The notes: a model not told the origin generated them from the letters alone. Shown: positions 8,697 through 18,127, counted from the stretch's first letter. The stretch is DNA of 64,000 nt from Burkholderiaceae bacterium (GCA_024711155.1 JANJTK010000197.1:4739-68738), one strand, 5' to 3'. Numbers and translations are program-made.

Positions 8697-9221
8697 GTGG
8701 CAGAGAAGCAGAAGCGTTCCTGGGACCAGCCCGAAGGCGCGAGCTTCCAGCAGTGGATGGATGCGCGCGTGGCGCGCCGGTCGACGCGAACCTACGACTG
8801 GAACGCGCTGAAGTTCCAGGCCGACCACGATCCGAAGTACGGCCGCGCCCAGATGCGCTACATCGGCACCGGCGGCACCGGCGTCGCGAGCGACAGCAAC
8901 ACGATTTCGGCCGAGCACTTCACGTTCTCGACGATGATTCTGCCGGCAGGCCACGAGGGTCCCCTCCATTTGCACACCGACGTCGAGGAGGTCTTCTTCG
9001 TGCTGCGCGGCAAGGTGAAGCTGATTGCCGAGAAGGACGGCGAGCGCTGGGAAGCGATCGTCGGCGAGCGCGACCTGATTTCCTGGCCGCCCGGGGTCTA
9101 TCGCGGTGAAGTCAACGTCGGGGACGAAGAGGCACTGATGTGCGTGATGCTGGGCTCGGCCCGGCCGATCACGCCGACCTATCCCCCGGATCATCCGCTG
9201 GCGAAGATCAAGCGCGGCTGA
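8697..9221 (+). CDS. cupin domain protein (metal-binding motif intact)
   Basis: ORF 8697..9221 with a GTG start preceded by AAAGGGGG. Cupin motif 1 reads GHEGPLHLHTDVEEVFFVLRG. Confidence 0.65.
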   Translation: MAEKQKRSWDQPEGASFQQWMDARVARRSTRTYDWNALKFQADHDPKYGRAQMRYIGTGGTGVASDSNTISAEHFTFSTMILPAGHEGPLHLHTDVEEVFFVLRGKVKLIAEKDGERWEAIVGERDLISWPPGVYRGEVNVGDEEALMCVMLGSARPITPTYPPDHPLAKIKRG

Positions 9222-9225
9222 ACCA

Positions 9226-10134
9226 ATGGCAAAGACCGTGCCGGCTCCCGAACTCGAGTCCGCGCTCGAGCGTCTCGAGCGCGAGTTTCCGCAGACACTC
9301 GTCAGTTTGCCGCACGGAGCGCGGGTGGCCGTGCGCGAGTGCGCGGCAAACGGCACCGGAGCGGCCTGCGTGCTGCTGCACGGCATCAGCTCCGGCGCTG
9401 CGTCCTGGTTCGGTTGCGCGCGTGCCCTCGCGGAACAGTCGGATTCGCCGGTCGCGCGTGTGCTGGCCTGGGATGCACCGGGTTACGGCGGATCGACCCC
9501 CCTTCCGGCCGAGGTCCCCACCGTCGACGACTATGCAGAACGCCTCGGGGAAGCACTGGATGCACTCGGCGTCTCCCGCTGCGTTCTGGTCGGCCATTCG
9601 ATGGGTGGGCTGATCGCTGCCGCCTACGCCCGGTGTCACGGCGCGGACCGCGTCGCGCGGCTGGTCCTGATCAGCCCAGCGGGGGGCTACGGGGCGGCCG
9701 GGCAGTCCGGGGAGCGTGAGCAGGCGCGCCGCAGCCGACTCGAGGAGTTGGCCGATCGGGGCGTGACAGGCGTGGCCGAACGCGCTGCCGCGCGGCTGCT
9801 CTCCGACGGCGCCGACACCGCGGCGAGGCAGTGGGTGCACTGGAATGCCGCCCGCCTCGATCCCGCCGGCTACCGGCAGGCGGTCGAGTTGCTGTGCAAT
9901 GCGGACCTGGCGCGAAGCCGCCCCCTGGCGATGCCGGTGTCCGTCTACTGTGGTGATGCCGACCGCGTGACCCCGCCCGCCGATTGCGCGGCGCGGGCCC
10001 GTCTGCTCGGCGCTTCCTTTTCGCTGATCGACCGTGCCGGGCACGCGAGCACGGTCGAGCAGGCGACGACAGTTGCCCAAGCGATCGCGCGCGAGGCGCG
10101 CCGATCGGCCGTCGCCGGGGGCGACCATGAATGA
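9226..10134 (+). CDS. alpha/beta-fold hydrolase
   Basis: ORF 9226..10134. LLHGISS (HG oxyanion region) and nucleophile elbow GHSMGG are present, with a C-terminal GHAS His. Confidence 0.8.
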   Translation: MAKTVPAPELESALERLEREFPQTLVSLPHGARVAVRECAANGTGAACVLLHGISSGAASWFGCARALAEQSDSPVARVLAWDAPGYGGSTPLPAEVPTVDDYAERLGEALDALGVSRCVLVGHSMGGLIAAAYARCHGADRVARLVLISPAGGYGAAGQSGEREQARRSRLEELADRGVTGVAERAAARLLSDGADTAARQWVHWNAARLDPAGYRQAVELLCNADLARSRPLAMPVSVYCGDADRVTPPADCAARARLLGASFSLIDRAGHASTVEQATTVAQAIAREARRSAVAGGDHE

Positions 10135-10951
10135 TCCGACCGCCGACGACGCCGGCGACAGATATCTCGTTCCCGCCCTGGAGCGCGGCCTGCGGCTGCT
10201 CGGCGAGTTCAGCCGCGACACCCGGAGCCTCAGCGCACCGGAACTCGGCCGCCGCCTGCGCCTGCCGCGTTCGACGACCTTTCGCCTGCTTGCAACGCTC
10301 GAGCGCCTGGGCTTCGTGGAACGCGCAGGCAACGACTACCGGCTCGGCATGGCCGTGCTCCGGCTCGGATTCGAATACCTCGCTTCGCTCGAATTGACGG
10401 AACTCGGGCAGCCATTGCTCGCGCACCTCTGCGACGAGATCCGCTATCCCTGCAACCTGGTGGTGCGTGACGGGCGATCCATTGTCTATGTCGCGAAAGT
10501 CACCCCGCCGATGCCGTTGTCGAGTTCGGTCCACGTGGGTACCCGGCTGCCCGCGCACGCCACGGTTCTGGGCCGCATCCTGCTCGGGGACATGAACCTG
10601 GACGAATTGCGCACCCTTTATCCCGAGGAGCGCCTGGAGGCGTTTTCAGGCAACACGCCGAACACCGTGCTCGATCTGTTCGAGCTGGTTCGCGCCGACC
10701 GCGAGCGCGGCTACGTGCTCGGCGAGGGTTTCTTCGAGGCGGGCATCTCGACCATCGCGGCGCCGGTGCGCGACCACACGGACCGCGTGGTGGCCGCGCT
10801 CGGCACCACGATCACGTCGGCGCGGATCGACCCGGCGCGCAGCCCGGATCTCGTGCGTGCGGTGCGTGCCTGCGCCGACGCGCTGTCGCAATTGCTCAAC
10901 CACCGTCCTGCAGCCGATCGGGCTGCGACGGCACCCCGGATCCGCTCATGA
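10127..10951 (+). CDS. IclR family transcriptional regulator
   Basis: ATG 10127 lies in ORF 10034..10951 and overlaps the hydrolase 3' end by 8 nt. There is a winged HTH (LSAPELGRRLRLPRSTTFRLLATLERLGFV) and an IclR effector domain (GTRLPAHATVLGRILL). Confidence 0.85.
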   Translation: MNDPTADDAGDRYLVPALERGLRLLGEFSRDTRSLSAPELGRRLRLPRSTTFRLLATLERLGFVERAGNDYRLGMAVLRLGFEYLASLELTELGQPLLAHLCDEIRYPCNLVVRDGRSIVYVAKVTPPMPLSSSVHVGTRLPAHATVLGRILLGDMNLDELRTLYPEERLEAFSGNTPNTVLDLFELVRADRERGYVLGEGFFEAGISTIAAPVRDHTDRVVAALGTTITSARIDPARSPDLVRAVRACADALSQLLNHRPAADRAATAPRIRS

Positions 10952-11760
10952 ATGCGCGACTGACCCGCTGCATCGATCTGCGCGAGCGCGTAGCCGTGGT
11001 GACCGGCGGTTCATCCGGCATCGGTCTGGCGACGGTTGAGCTGCTGCTGGCGGCCGGCGCCTCGGTCGCCCTGTGCGGCCGCGACGAAGACCGTCTGCGC
11101 AACGCCGAGGCGGTGCTGCGCCGCGAATTTTCCGGGGCACGGCTGTACGCGGCGAGTTGCGACGTGCTGAACGCCGAATCCGTGGCCCGCTTTGCGCGCG
11201 ACAGCGAAGCTGCCATCGGGCCGGCGTCGATCCTGGTCAACAACGCGGGTCAGGGCCGGCAGTCGACTTTCGCGGACACGACCGACAGCGCGTGGACCGA
11301 AGAACTGCACCTGAAGTTCTTCTCGGTCATCCATCCGACCCGCGCCTTCCTGCCCCAACTCGAGCGCCACCCGGAGGCGGCGATCGTCTGCGTCAATTCG
11401 TTGCTCGCTGCGCAGCCCGAGCCGCATATGGTGGCCACGTCGGCGGCGCGTGCCGGTGTCAGGAACCTCGTGCGCTCGCTTGCCACCGAACTCGCGCCCA
11501 GGGGCATCCGCGTCAACGGCATCCTGTTGGGGCTGGTCGAGTCCGGTCAGTGGCGCCGTCGCTTCGAAGCGCGCGAAGACCGCTCGACGAACTGGGCCGA
11601 GTGGAGCGCCCAGCTCGCGCAGCGCAAGAAGATCCCGCTTGGTCGCCTCGGCCGACCGGAAGAGGCGGCGCACGCAGTCGTCTACCTGGCCTCACCCTTG
11701 TCGTCGTACACGACGGGCAGCCACATCGACGTGTCCGGAGGTCTTTCCCACCATGCGTGA
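10948..11760 (+). CDS. SDR family protein with non-canonical active-site positions
   Basis: ORF 10948..11760 with an ATGA overlap onto the IclR stop. TGGSSGIG and NNAG are present. At the canonical spacing from Ser151, the YxxxK positions read Thr164 and Arg168 (ATSAARAG). Confidence 0.8.
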   Translation: MNARLTRCIDLRERVAVVTGGSSGIGLATVELLLAAGASVALCGRDEDRLRNAEAVLRREFSGARLYAASCDVLNAESVARFARDSEAAIGPASILVNNAGQGRQSTFADTTDSAWTEELHLKFFSVIHPTRAFLPQLERHPEAAIVCVNSLLAAQPEPHMVATSAARAGVRNLVRSLATELAPRGIRVNGILLGLVESGQWRRRFEAREDRSTNWAEWSAQLAQRKKIPLGRLGRPEEAAHAVVYLASPLSSYTTGSHIDVSGGLSHHA

Positions 11761-13456
11761 CACCGTCACCGTCGGCGCAGTCGTCTCGGCATTCCTCGAG
11801 CAGTGCGGCGTCGAGGCCGCCTTTGGCGTCATCTCGATCCACAACATGCCGATCCTGGACGCCTTCGCGCAGCGCGGCCGGATCCGCTTCGTGATGGCCC
11901 GGGGCGAGGCCGGCGCCGGCAACATGGCCGACGCGTTCGCGCGCTCGACCGCCCGTCTCGGCGTGTGCATCACGAGCACCGGTCCGGCCGCCGGCAACAT
12001 CGCGGGCAGCCTGGTGGAGGCCTGTACCGCGGGCACGCCGCTGCTGCACATCACCGGCCAGATCGAGACCCCGTACCTCGACAAGCGCCTTTCGTACATC
12101 CACGAGGCGCCGGACCAGCTGGCGATGCTCGATGCCGTGTCGAAGGCCGCGTTCCGTGTGCGCAGCGCCGAGACCGCGCTGTCGACACTCAAGCAGGCGG
12201 TGCAGGTCGCGATGACAGCGCCGACCGGGCCGGTGAGCGTGGAAATCCCGATCGATATCCAGCAGACGCTGATCCCGATGCCGCGGGATCTGGCGCCACT
12301 GCCGGTCGCCGTCCCGATGCCCGGCGCCGAGGCACTGGACGCACTCGCGCAACGCCTGAGCGCCACCCGGCGTCCGCTACTGTGGCTGGGCGGCGGCGCG
12401 CGGCATGCCGGTGCCGCGGTGAAACGCCTGAAGGCCCTCGGCTTCGGCATCGTGACGACCGTGCAAGGTCGCGGTATCGTCGCCGAGGACGATCCGGCCT
12501 CACTCGGCGCCTACAACCTCCACCAGCCGGTCGAGGCGTTCTATCAGCGCTGCGACGCCATGCTGGTGGTCGGTTCGCGCCTGCGCAGCAACGAGACTCT
12601 GAAGTACGAACTGAAACTGCCGCGCCCGCTGCTGCGGATCGACGCGGATGCAGCCCAGCAGGGACGATGCTATGCCGACGACGGCTTCGTCTGTGGCGAC
12701 GCAGCGCTGGTGCTGGCGGGCCTGGCCGAGCGACTCGAGGCGCACGGCTGGCGGGCCGACCCGGAATTGCTGCTCGATCTGCGCCGCACCCACGACGAGG
12801 CAGTGCGCACGCTGCACGACGGCCTGGGCCCCTATGCCGAACTGGTGCAGCAGTTGCAGAAGGCGGCCGGCCGCCGGTTCAACTGGGTGCGCGACGTCAC
12901 CGTCTCGAACAGCACCTGGGGCAACCGCGAACTGCGCATCTTCGAGGCCGACGCGGGGATCCACGCCACCGGCGGAGGCATTGGCCAGGGCATGCCGATG
13001 GCGATCGGCGCGGCGGTGGGCGCACAGGTCACAGCGTCGGGCCGCAAGACGTTGTGCCTGGCCGGTGACGGCGGCTTCGTCCTGAACCTGGGCGAACTCG
13101 CGACGCTGGTTCAGGAAGCGTGCGACTGCCTGATCGTGCTGATGAACGACCGGGGCTACGGCGTGATCAGGAACATCCAGGACGCGCAATACGGCCGCCG
13201 CCGCTGCTACGTGGATCTGCACACGCCCGACTACGCCCAGTTGTGCGCCTCGCTGGCGCTGCCGCACGATCGGGTCGGCAACCTGGCCGAGTTGCCCGCG
13301 AAGCTCGACGCTGCGCTCGGCAGCAGCGGCCCGTTCGTGCTGGAGATCGACATGTTGTCGATCGGCAGCTTCAAGACCGCGTTCGCGGGCCCGCCGGTGA
13401 ACCGGACCGATCAGGTGCCGCCGCCGGATACCGCGGTCGGGTCGAGCGCTGCCTGA
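11753..13456 (+). CDS. thiamine diphosphate-dependent enzyme (acetolactate synthase/benzoylformate decarboxylase superfamily)
   Basis: ATG 11753 lies in ORF 11450..13456 and overlaps the SDR 3' end by 8 nt. The N-terminal Pyr domain has GEAGAGNMADAFAR. The ThDP motif is GDGGFVLNLGELATLVQEACDCLIVLMND. Confidence 0.85.
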   Translation: MRDTVTVGAVVSAFLEQCGVEAAFGVISIHNMPILDAFAQRGRIRFVMARGEAGAGNMADAFARSTARLGVCITSTGPAAGNIAGSLVEACTAGTPLLHITGQIETPYLDKRLSYIHEAPDQLAMLDAVSKAAFRVRSAETALSTLKQAVQVAMTAPTGPVSVEIPIDIQQTLIPMPRDLAPLPVAVPMPGAEALDALAQRLSATRRPLLWLGGGARHAGAAVKRLKALGFGIVTTVQGRGIVAEDDPASLGAYNLHQPVEAFYQRCDAMLVVGSRLRSNETLKYELKLPRPLLRIDADAAQQGRCYADDGFVCGDAALVLAGLAERLEAHGWRADPELLLDLRRTHDEAVRTLHDGLGPYAELVQQLQKAAGRRFNWVRDVTVSNSTWGNRELRIFEADAGIHATGGGIGQGMPMAIGAAVGAQVTASGRKTLCLAGDGGFVLNLGELATLVQEACDCLIVLMNDRGYGVIRNIQDAQYGRRRCYVDLHTPDYAQLCASLALPHDRVGNLAELPAKLDAALGSSGPFVLEIDMLSIGSFKTAFAGPPVNRTDQVPPPDTAVGSSAA

Positions 13457-13469
13457 GGACGCCATCGTC

Positions 13470-14258
13470 ATGCGTATCGCGCTGGTCGGTTGCGGTGCCA
13501 TCGGGTCCGCGCTGCTGGAGCTGGTGAAGGACGATCCCGGCTTCGTGGTCGCGGCCATCGTCATGCGGGCCAGCACGGCCAGAGCGGTGAGCGGGCGTCT
13601 TGCGAGCGGTGCGCAGGTCGTGACGACGGTGCCGCTGCAGGGCATCGACCTCGTCGTCGAGGCCGCGGGCCATGCCGCCATCGAGCAGCACGTGTTGCCG
13701 GCCCTGCAACGGGGGGTGCCGTGCATCGTGGCTTCGGTGGGGGCGCTTTCCGCCCGGGGGCTGCCGGAGCGGCTCGAAGCCGCCGCGCGCGCAGGCGGCA
13801 CCCGACTGCAACTGATTGCCGGCGCCATCGGCGCGATCGACGCGCTGGCGGCCGCCCGCATCGGCGGATTGGAGAAGGTGCGCTACACCGGCCGCAAGCC
13901 GCCGCGCGCCTGGACTGGCACCGCCGCCGAGCGGGGCCGCAACCTGGGTGCACTTCTTGCGGAGACGGTGATATTCGAGGGGTCGGCCCGCGAAGCCGCC
14001 ACCCTCTATCCGAAGAACGCCAACGTGGCCGCGACGGTGTCGCTCGCCGGCCTGGGCCTCGACCGCACCATGGTGCGCTTGATCGCCGATCCGTCCCTGG
14101 ACGAAAACGTGCACGAAGTCGAAGCCGCGGGTGCCTTCGGAAGCTTCGCGCTGACCATGCGCAACAAGCCTCTGCCGGCGAATCCCGGGACTTCGGCGCT
14201 GACCGTCTACAGCGCGGTGCGCGCACTGCGCAATCGTGTCTCGGCGCTGTACATCTGA
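13470..14258 (+). CDS. aspartate dehydrogenase (NadX) family protein
   Basis: ORF 13470..14258. Rossmann motif IALVGCGAIGS is followed by YPKNANVAATVSLAGLG and NPGTSALTVYS, typical of the AspDH family. Confidence 0.78.
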   Translation: MRIALVGCGAIGSALLELVKDDPGFVVAAIVMRASTARAVSGRLASGAQVVTTVPLQGIDLVVEAAGHAAIEQHVLPALQRGVPCIVASVGALSARGLPERLEAAARAGGTRLQLIAGAIGAIDALAAARIGGLEKVRYTGRKPPRAWTGTAAERGRNLGALLAETVIFEGSAREAATLYPKNANVAATVSLAGLGLDRTMVRLIADPSLDENVHEVEAAGAFGSFALTMRNKPLPANPGTSALTVYSAVRALRNRVSALYI

Positions 14259-14266
14259 GTCCCGAC

Positions 14267-15745
14267 ATGAAGGCCCGCCTCGAACTTCTCCCGATCGACG
14301 TGGCAGGCGAATGGCGCCCGGGTAACGGCGAAGAATACGAAAGCCTCTACCCCGCCACCGGGGAACCCGTTGCCCGCCTGCGAGCGGCCAGTCCGGGCGA
14401 CGTGGACGAAGCCATCAACCGCGCCGACCGCACCTTCCGCAACAGCGGCTGGGCACAGATGCTGCCGCACGCGCGTGCCGCGGTGCTGCACCGCGTCGCG
14501 GCCCTGATCCGCGAGCGCTCCGAAGACCTCGCGCAGCGGCAGCGTCTGGACAACGGCAAGCCGATCAGCGAGACCCGGGCGCTGGTGGCGAGCGCCGCCG
14601 GCACGTTCCAGTATTTTGCCGCTGCGCTCGAGACGCTGGAGGAGGCCATCACCCCATCGCGCGGCGCCTGGGTGACGATGAGCGTGCACGAACCGATGGG
14701 CGTCGTGGCCGCGATCACGCCGTGGAACTCGCCGATCGCCAGCGAGGCGCAGAAGCTCGCGCCGGCGCGCGCAGCCGGCAACGCGGTGGTCGTGAAGCCG
14801 GCCGAGGTCACGCCGCTCATGGCGCTGGAGCTGGCGAGTATCTGCGAGGAAGCCGGTGTGCCCAGGGGCATGGTGAGCGTGCTGCCCGGCAAGGGCTCGG
14901 TCATCGGCGACGTCATCACCCGGCATCCGCTGGTCAGGCGAGTTTCGTTCACCGGCGGCACGGCCACCGGCAAGCACATCGCCCGCATTGCGGCCGACAA
15001 GATGATGCCGGTGTCGCTGGAGCTGGGCGGAAAGTCGCCCACCATGGTGCTCGAGGACGCGGATCTCGACCACGCGCTGGCCGGTGTGCTCTACGGCATC
15101 TTCAGCAGCTCGGGCGAATCGTGCATCGCAGGCTCGCGCCTGTTCGTCGCGCGTCGCATCTACGACGAGTTCGTCACCCGCCTGGCCCGGGCCGCCGGGT
15201 CGCTGCGCGTGGGCGATCCGTCCAGCGAGCGCACGCAAATGGGTCCGCTGATCACTGCCGGGCACCGCGAGAGCATCGAGCGCTACGTGGCGCTGGGCGT
15301 GAGCGAGGGCGGCCGCATCCGCAGCGGCGGCGTACGCCCGAGCGGCGCCGGCTTCGACCGGGGCTACTTCTACACCCCGACCATCCTCGAGGGCCTGGCC
15401 AACACGGCACGCGTCAGCCGGGAGGAGATCTTCGGCCCGGTGCTGGTAGCGATGCCCTTCGACACCGAGGACGACCTCATCGCCCAAGCCAACGACAGCG
15501 TCTACGCGCTTGCCGCCGGCGTGTGGAGCCGCGACTTCAAGCGCGCCTGGGCGCTCGGCCGCGCGGTGCAGGCCGGCACCGTGTGGATCAATACCTACAA
15601 GCAGTTCTCCGTTTCCACCCCATTCGGCGGCTGGCGCGACTCCGGCCTCGGCCGCGAGAAGGGCCGCGAAGGCATCTTCCAGTACATGCAGCAGAAGAGC
15701 CTGTACTGGGGCATCAACGAGGAGCCGCTCGCATGGGCGCGCTGA
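14267..15745 (+). CDS. NAD(P)-dependent aldehyde dehydrogenase
   Basis: ATG 14267 lies in ORF 13490..15745. Motifs ITPWNSP, ELGGKSP (catalytic Glu), GESCIAGSR (catalytic Cys) and EEIFGPV are present. Confidence 0.9.
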   Translation: MKARLELLPIDVAGEWRPGNGEEYESLYPATGEPVARLRAASPGDVDEAINRADRTFRNSGWAQMLPHARAAVLHRVAALIRERSEDLAQRQRLDNGKPISETRALVASAAGTFQYFAAALETLEEAITPSRGAWVTMSVHEPMGVVAAITPWNSPIASEAQKLAPARAAGNAVVVKPAEVTPLMALELASICEEAGVPRGMVSVLPGKGSVIGDVITRHPLVRRVSFTGGTATGKHIARIAADKMMPVSLELGGKSPTMVLEDADLDHALAGVLYGIFSSSGESCIAGSRLFVARRIYDEFVTRLARAAGSLRVGDPSSERTQMGPLITAGHRESIERYVALGVSEGGRIRSGGVRPSGAGFDRGYFYTPTILEGLANTARVSREEIFGPVLVAMPFDTEDDLIAQANDSVYALAAGVWSRDFKRAWALGRAVQAGTVWINTYKQFSVSTPFGGWRDSGLGREKGREGIFQYMQQKSLYWGINEEPLAWAR

Positions 15746-15800
15746 CGCCGGTGACCGCCGGCCCGGACTACCCGATCGAGCCCGCAAGGATGAGCGCGCC

Positions 15801-16772
15801 ATGAGCATTCTCGGCATCGACCAGATCACCTACGGCGCGGACGAACTCGCCACCAGCCGTCGGTTCTTTATCGACTGGGGCCTGACGCTGGCGCAGGAGC
15901 GCGCCGACGAACTCGTCTTCGAATGCCTCAACGGCTGCCGCGTGGTCGTGGCCGCGTCGACGAAAGCCGACCTGCCGCCACCAATCGAGAGCGGCCCGAC
16001 ACTGCGCGAGGTCGTCTGGGGCGTCGAGAGCGAACAGGACCTTCAACGGTACGCCGACGCGATCCGGGGCAATCCGGATTTCGTCGACGCCGTGGTCGAT
16101 GGTGCCCGGCGCATCGGCTGCACCGATCCGAATGGTCTTGCGGTGCGCCTGCAAGTCAGTCGCAAGCGCCCGGTCGAGGTGGCGTGTGCGGCCATGAACA
16201 CCTGGTCTGCCAGGCCGCGCGTCGACCGGCGCAGCCCGGTCTACGAGCGCGCCACACCCATCGAAGTGGGCCATGTGGTGTTTTTCGTTGTTGACATCGA
16301 GGCGACGGAACGCTTCTACGCCAGCCGGCTCGGCTTCGTCGCGTCCGACCGTTACCCGGGCCGCGGCGCGTTCATGCGCTGCGCACCCTCAGGCGGCCAC
16401 CACGACCTGTTCCTGCTGCAGCTGCCGTCGGGGCAGCGTGGACTCAACCACGTAGCGTTCACAGTGCGCGACATCCACGAGGTGTTCGGCGGCGGCCTGC
16501 ACGTTTCGCGCTGCGGCTGGGAGACCCAACTCGGGCCGGGGCGGCACCCGATCTCGTCGGCCTACTTCTGGTACTTCAGGAACCCGGCCGGTGGCCTGAT
16601 CGAGTACTACGCCGACGAGGACGAGCTCACCGGCAACTGGCAGGCGCGCGACTTCGAACCTGGGCCCACGGTTTTCGCCGAATGGGCTATCGACGGCGGC
16701 ATCGACGGTCACACACGTCGCCAGAGGGACGTCACTCCCCCCGGCGGCAGGTTCCTCACTGAGAAGACCTGA
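15801..16772 (+). CDS. two-domain VOC family protein, possible ring-cleavage dioxygenase
   Basis: ATG 15801 lies in ORF 15510..16772. The 323-aa product has two VOC repeats (GIDQITYGADELATSRRFFIDWGL, and VGHVVFFVVDIEATERFYASRLGF ... LNHVAFTV). Substrate is unknown. Confidence 0.65.
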   Translation: MSILGIDQITYGADELATSRRFFIDWGLTLAQERADELVFECLNGCRVVVAASTKADLPPPIESGPTLREVVWGVESEQDLQRYADAIRGNPDFVDAVVDGARRIGCTDPNGLAVRLQVSRKRPVEVACAAMNTWSARPRVDRRSPVYERATPIEVGHVVFFVVDIEATERFYASRLGFVASDRYPGRGAFMRCAPSGGHHDLFLLQLPSGQRGLNHVAFTVRDIHEVFGGGLHVSRCGWETQLGPGRHPISSAYFWYFRNPAGGLIEYYADEDELTGNWQARDFEPGPTVFAEWAIDGGIDGHTRRQRDVTPPGGRFLTEKT

Positions 16773-16866
16773 TGGCTGACCGGCCCACGACCTCGAGCCG
16801 CGGCGACACCCGCGCGCGTAACAGGGCGAGGCCTCCCACCGTTCTCTGCGCTCGAAAGGAGGCGAC

Positions 16867-18006
16867 ATGAACATCGGCATCGCAGGCGCTGGCATCGGCG
16901 GCCTGGCCGCGGCGATCGCGCTGCGCAACATGGGGCACGAAGTGGTGCTGTTCGAACAGGCGCCGCGCTTTTCGCGCGTCGGCGCCGACATCAATCTCAC
17001 GCCGAACGCGGTCCGGGCGCTCGACGGCCTGGGTGTCGGCGACGCCCTGCGTGAGACCGCAGCGCGACCCACCCACCGCATCAGCCGAACCTGGGACACC
17101 GGCGAAGAGACCTCGCGTCTCGAAATGGCCGATGCGGCGCAGGCCCGGTATGGTGCACCGCAATTGACCCTGCACCGCGCCGACCTGATGGGCGCGCTCG
17201 AGGCGGCGGTGCCGGCCGGGATCGTTCGCTTCGGCAAGCGCATCGCCGGTGTCGAGCGCACGCCCGACGGCTCGAGCACGTTGAAGTTTGCCGATGGCAC
17301 CAGCGAAACGGTCTACCTGCTGGTCGGCGCGGACGGCATTCACTCGGTGGTTCGAGAAGCGATGTTCGGCCCGGAGAGCCCGAGGTTCACCGGCGTCGTC
17401 GCGTACCGGGCGGTGGTGCCGGCCAGCCGCCTGCAGGGCGTCTCGAACCTCGGCGCGTTCACGAAGTGGTGGGGACCGGACCCGGCGATCCAGATCGTGA
17501 CGTTTCCGCTGAATCGCGGACGGGACATCTTCATCTTCGCCACCGAGCCGCAGCACAGCTGGCGTCACGAATCGTGGACGATGCCCGGCGATGTGAAGGA
17601 ACTGCGCGCCTCCTACGCGAATTTTCATCCCGAGGCGCGCGCGTTGCTCGATGCCTGCGACGAGGTCCTGAAGTCGGCGTTGTACGTACGTGATCCGCTG
17701 CCGGTCTGGTCCGTCGGTCGCCAGACCCTGCTTGGTGACGCCTGCCATCCGATGACGCCGTTCATGGCGCAGGGCGCCGGCATGGCAATCGAGGACGCGA
17801 TCGTGCTGGCGCGCTGCCTGAACGACGATTCGCTGCCCGATCCCGCTGCACGGCTGGTCCGCTACCAGCAGTTGCGCCTGCCGCGCACGAGCCGGGTCCA
17901 GATCGGGTCGCGCGGCAACGAGTGGCTCAAGGAGGGCGGCAACGCGGATTGGGTTTACGGCTACGACGCCTGGGCGATTCCGCTGACGCCCGAGCCAGCC
18001 GGATGA
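16867..18006 (+). CDS. group A FAD-dependent monooxygenase (salicylate hydroxylase / 6-hydroxynicotinate 3-monooxygenase-like)
   Basis: ORF 16867..18006. Motifs IGIAGAGIGGLAAA (GxGxxG), GADGIHSVVR, LLGDACHPMTPFMAQGAGMAIEDA and a C-terminal WVYGYD are present. Confidence 0.85.
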   Translation: MNIGIAGAGIGGLAAAIALRNMGHEVVLFEQAPRFSRVGADINLTPNAVRALDGLGVGDALRETAARPTHRISRTWDTGEETSRLEMADAAQARYGAPQLTLHRADLMGALEAAVPAGIVRFGKRIAGVERTPDGSSTLKFADGTSETVYLLVGADGIHSVVREAMFGPESPRFTGVVAYRAVVPASRLQGVSNLGAFTKWWGPDPAIQIVTFPLNRGRDIFIFATEPQHSWRHESWTMPGDVKELRASYANFHPEARALLDACDEVLKSALYVRDPLPVWSVGRQTLLGDACHPMTPFMAQGAGMAIEDAIVLARCLNDDSLPDPAARLVRYQQLRLPRTSRVQIGSRGNEWLKEGGNADWVYGYDAWAIPLTPEPAG

Positions 18007-18127
18007 CGCAGATGCCAGCCGTTGCCGGCCCGGCCGCGGTCGTCGTGAGCCGAGACCGCCGGTGGCGGCGCAGTTCGCGATCCGGGTCGTTGACGTCCGC
18101 AGGGCTACGCTGTACGATTGCCATAAA

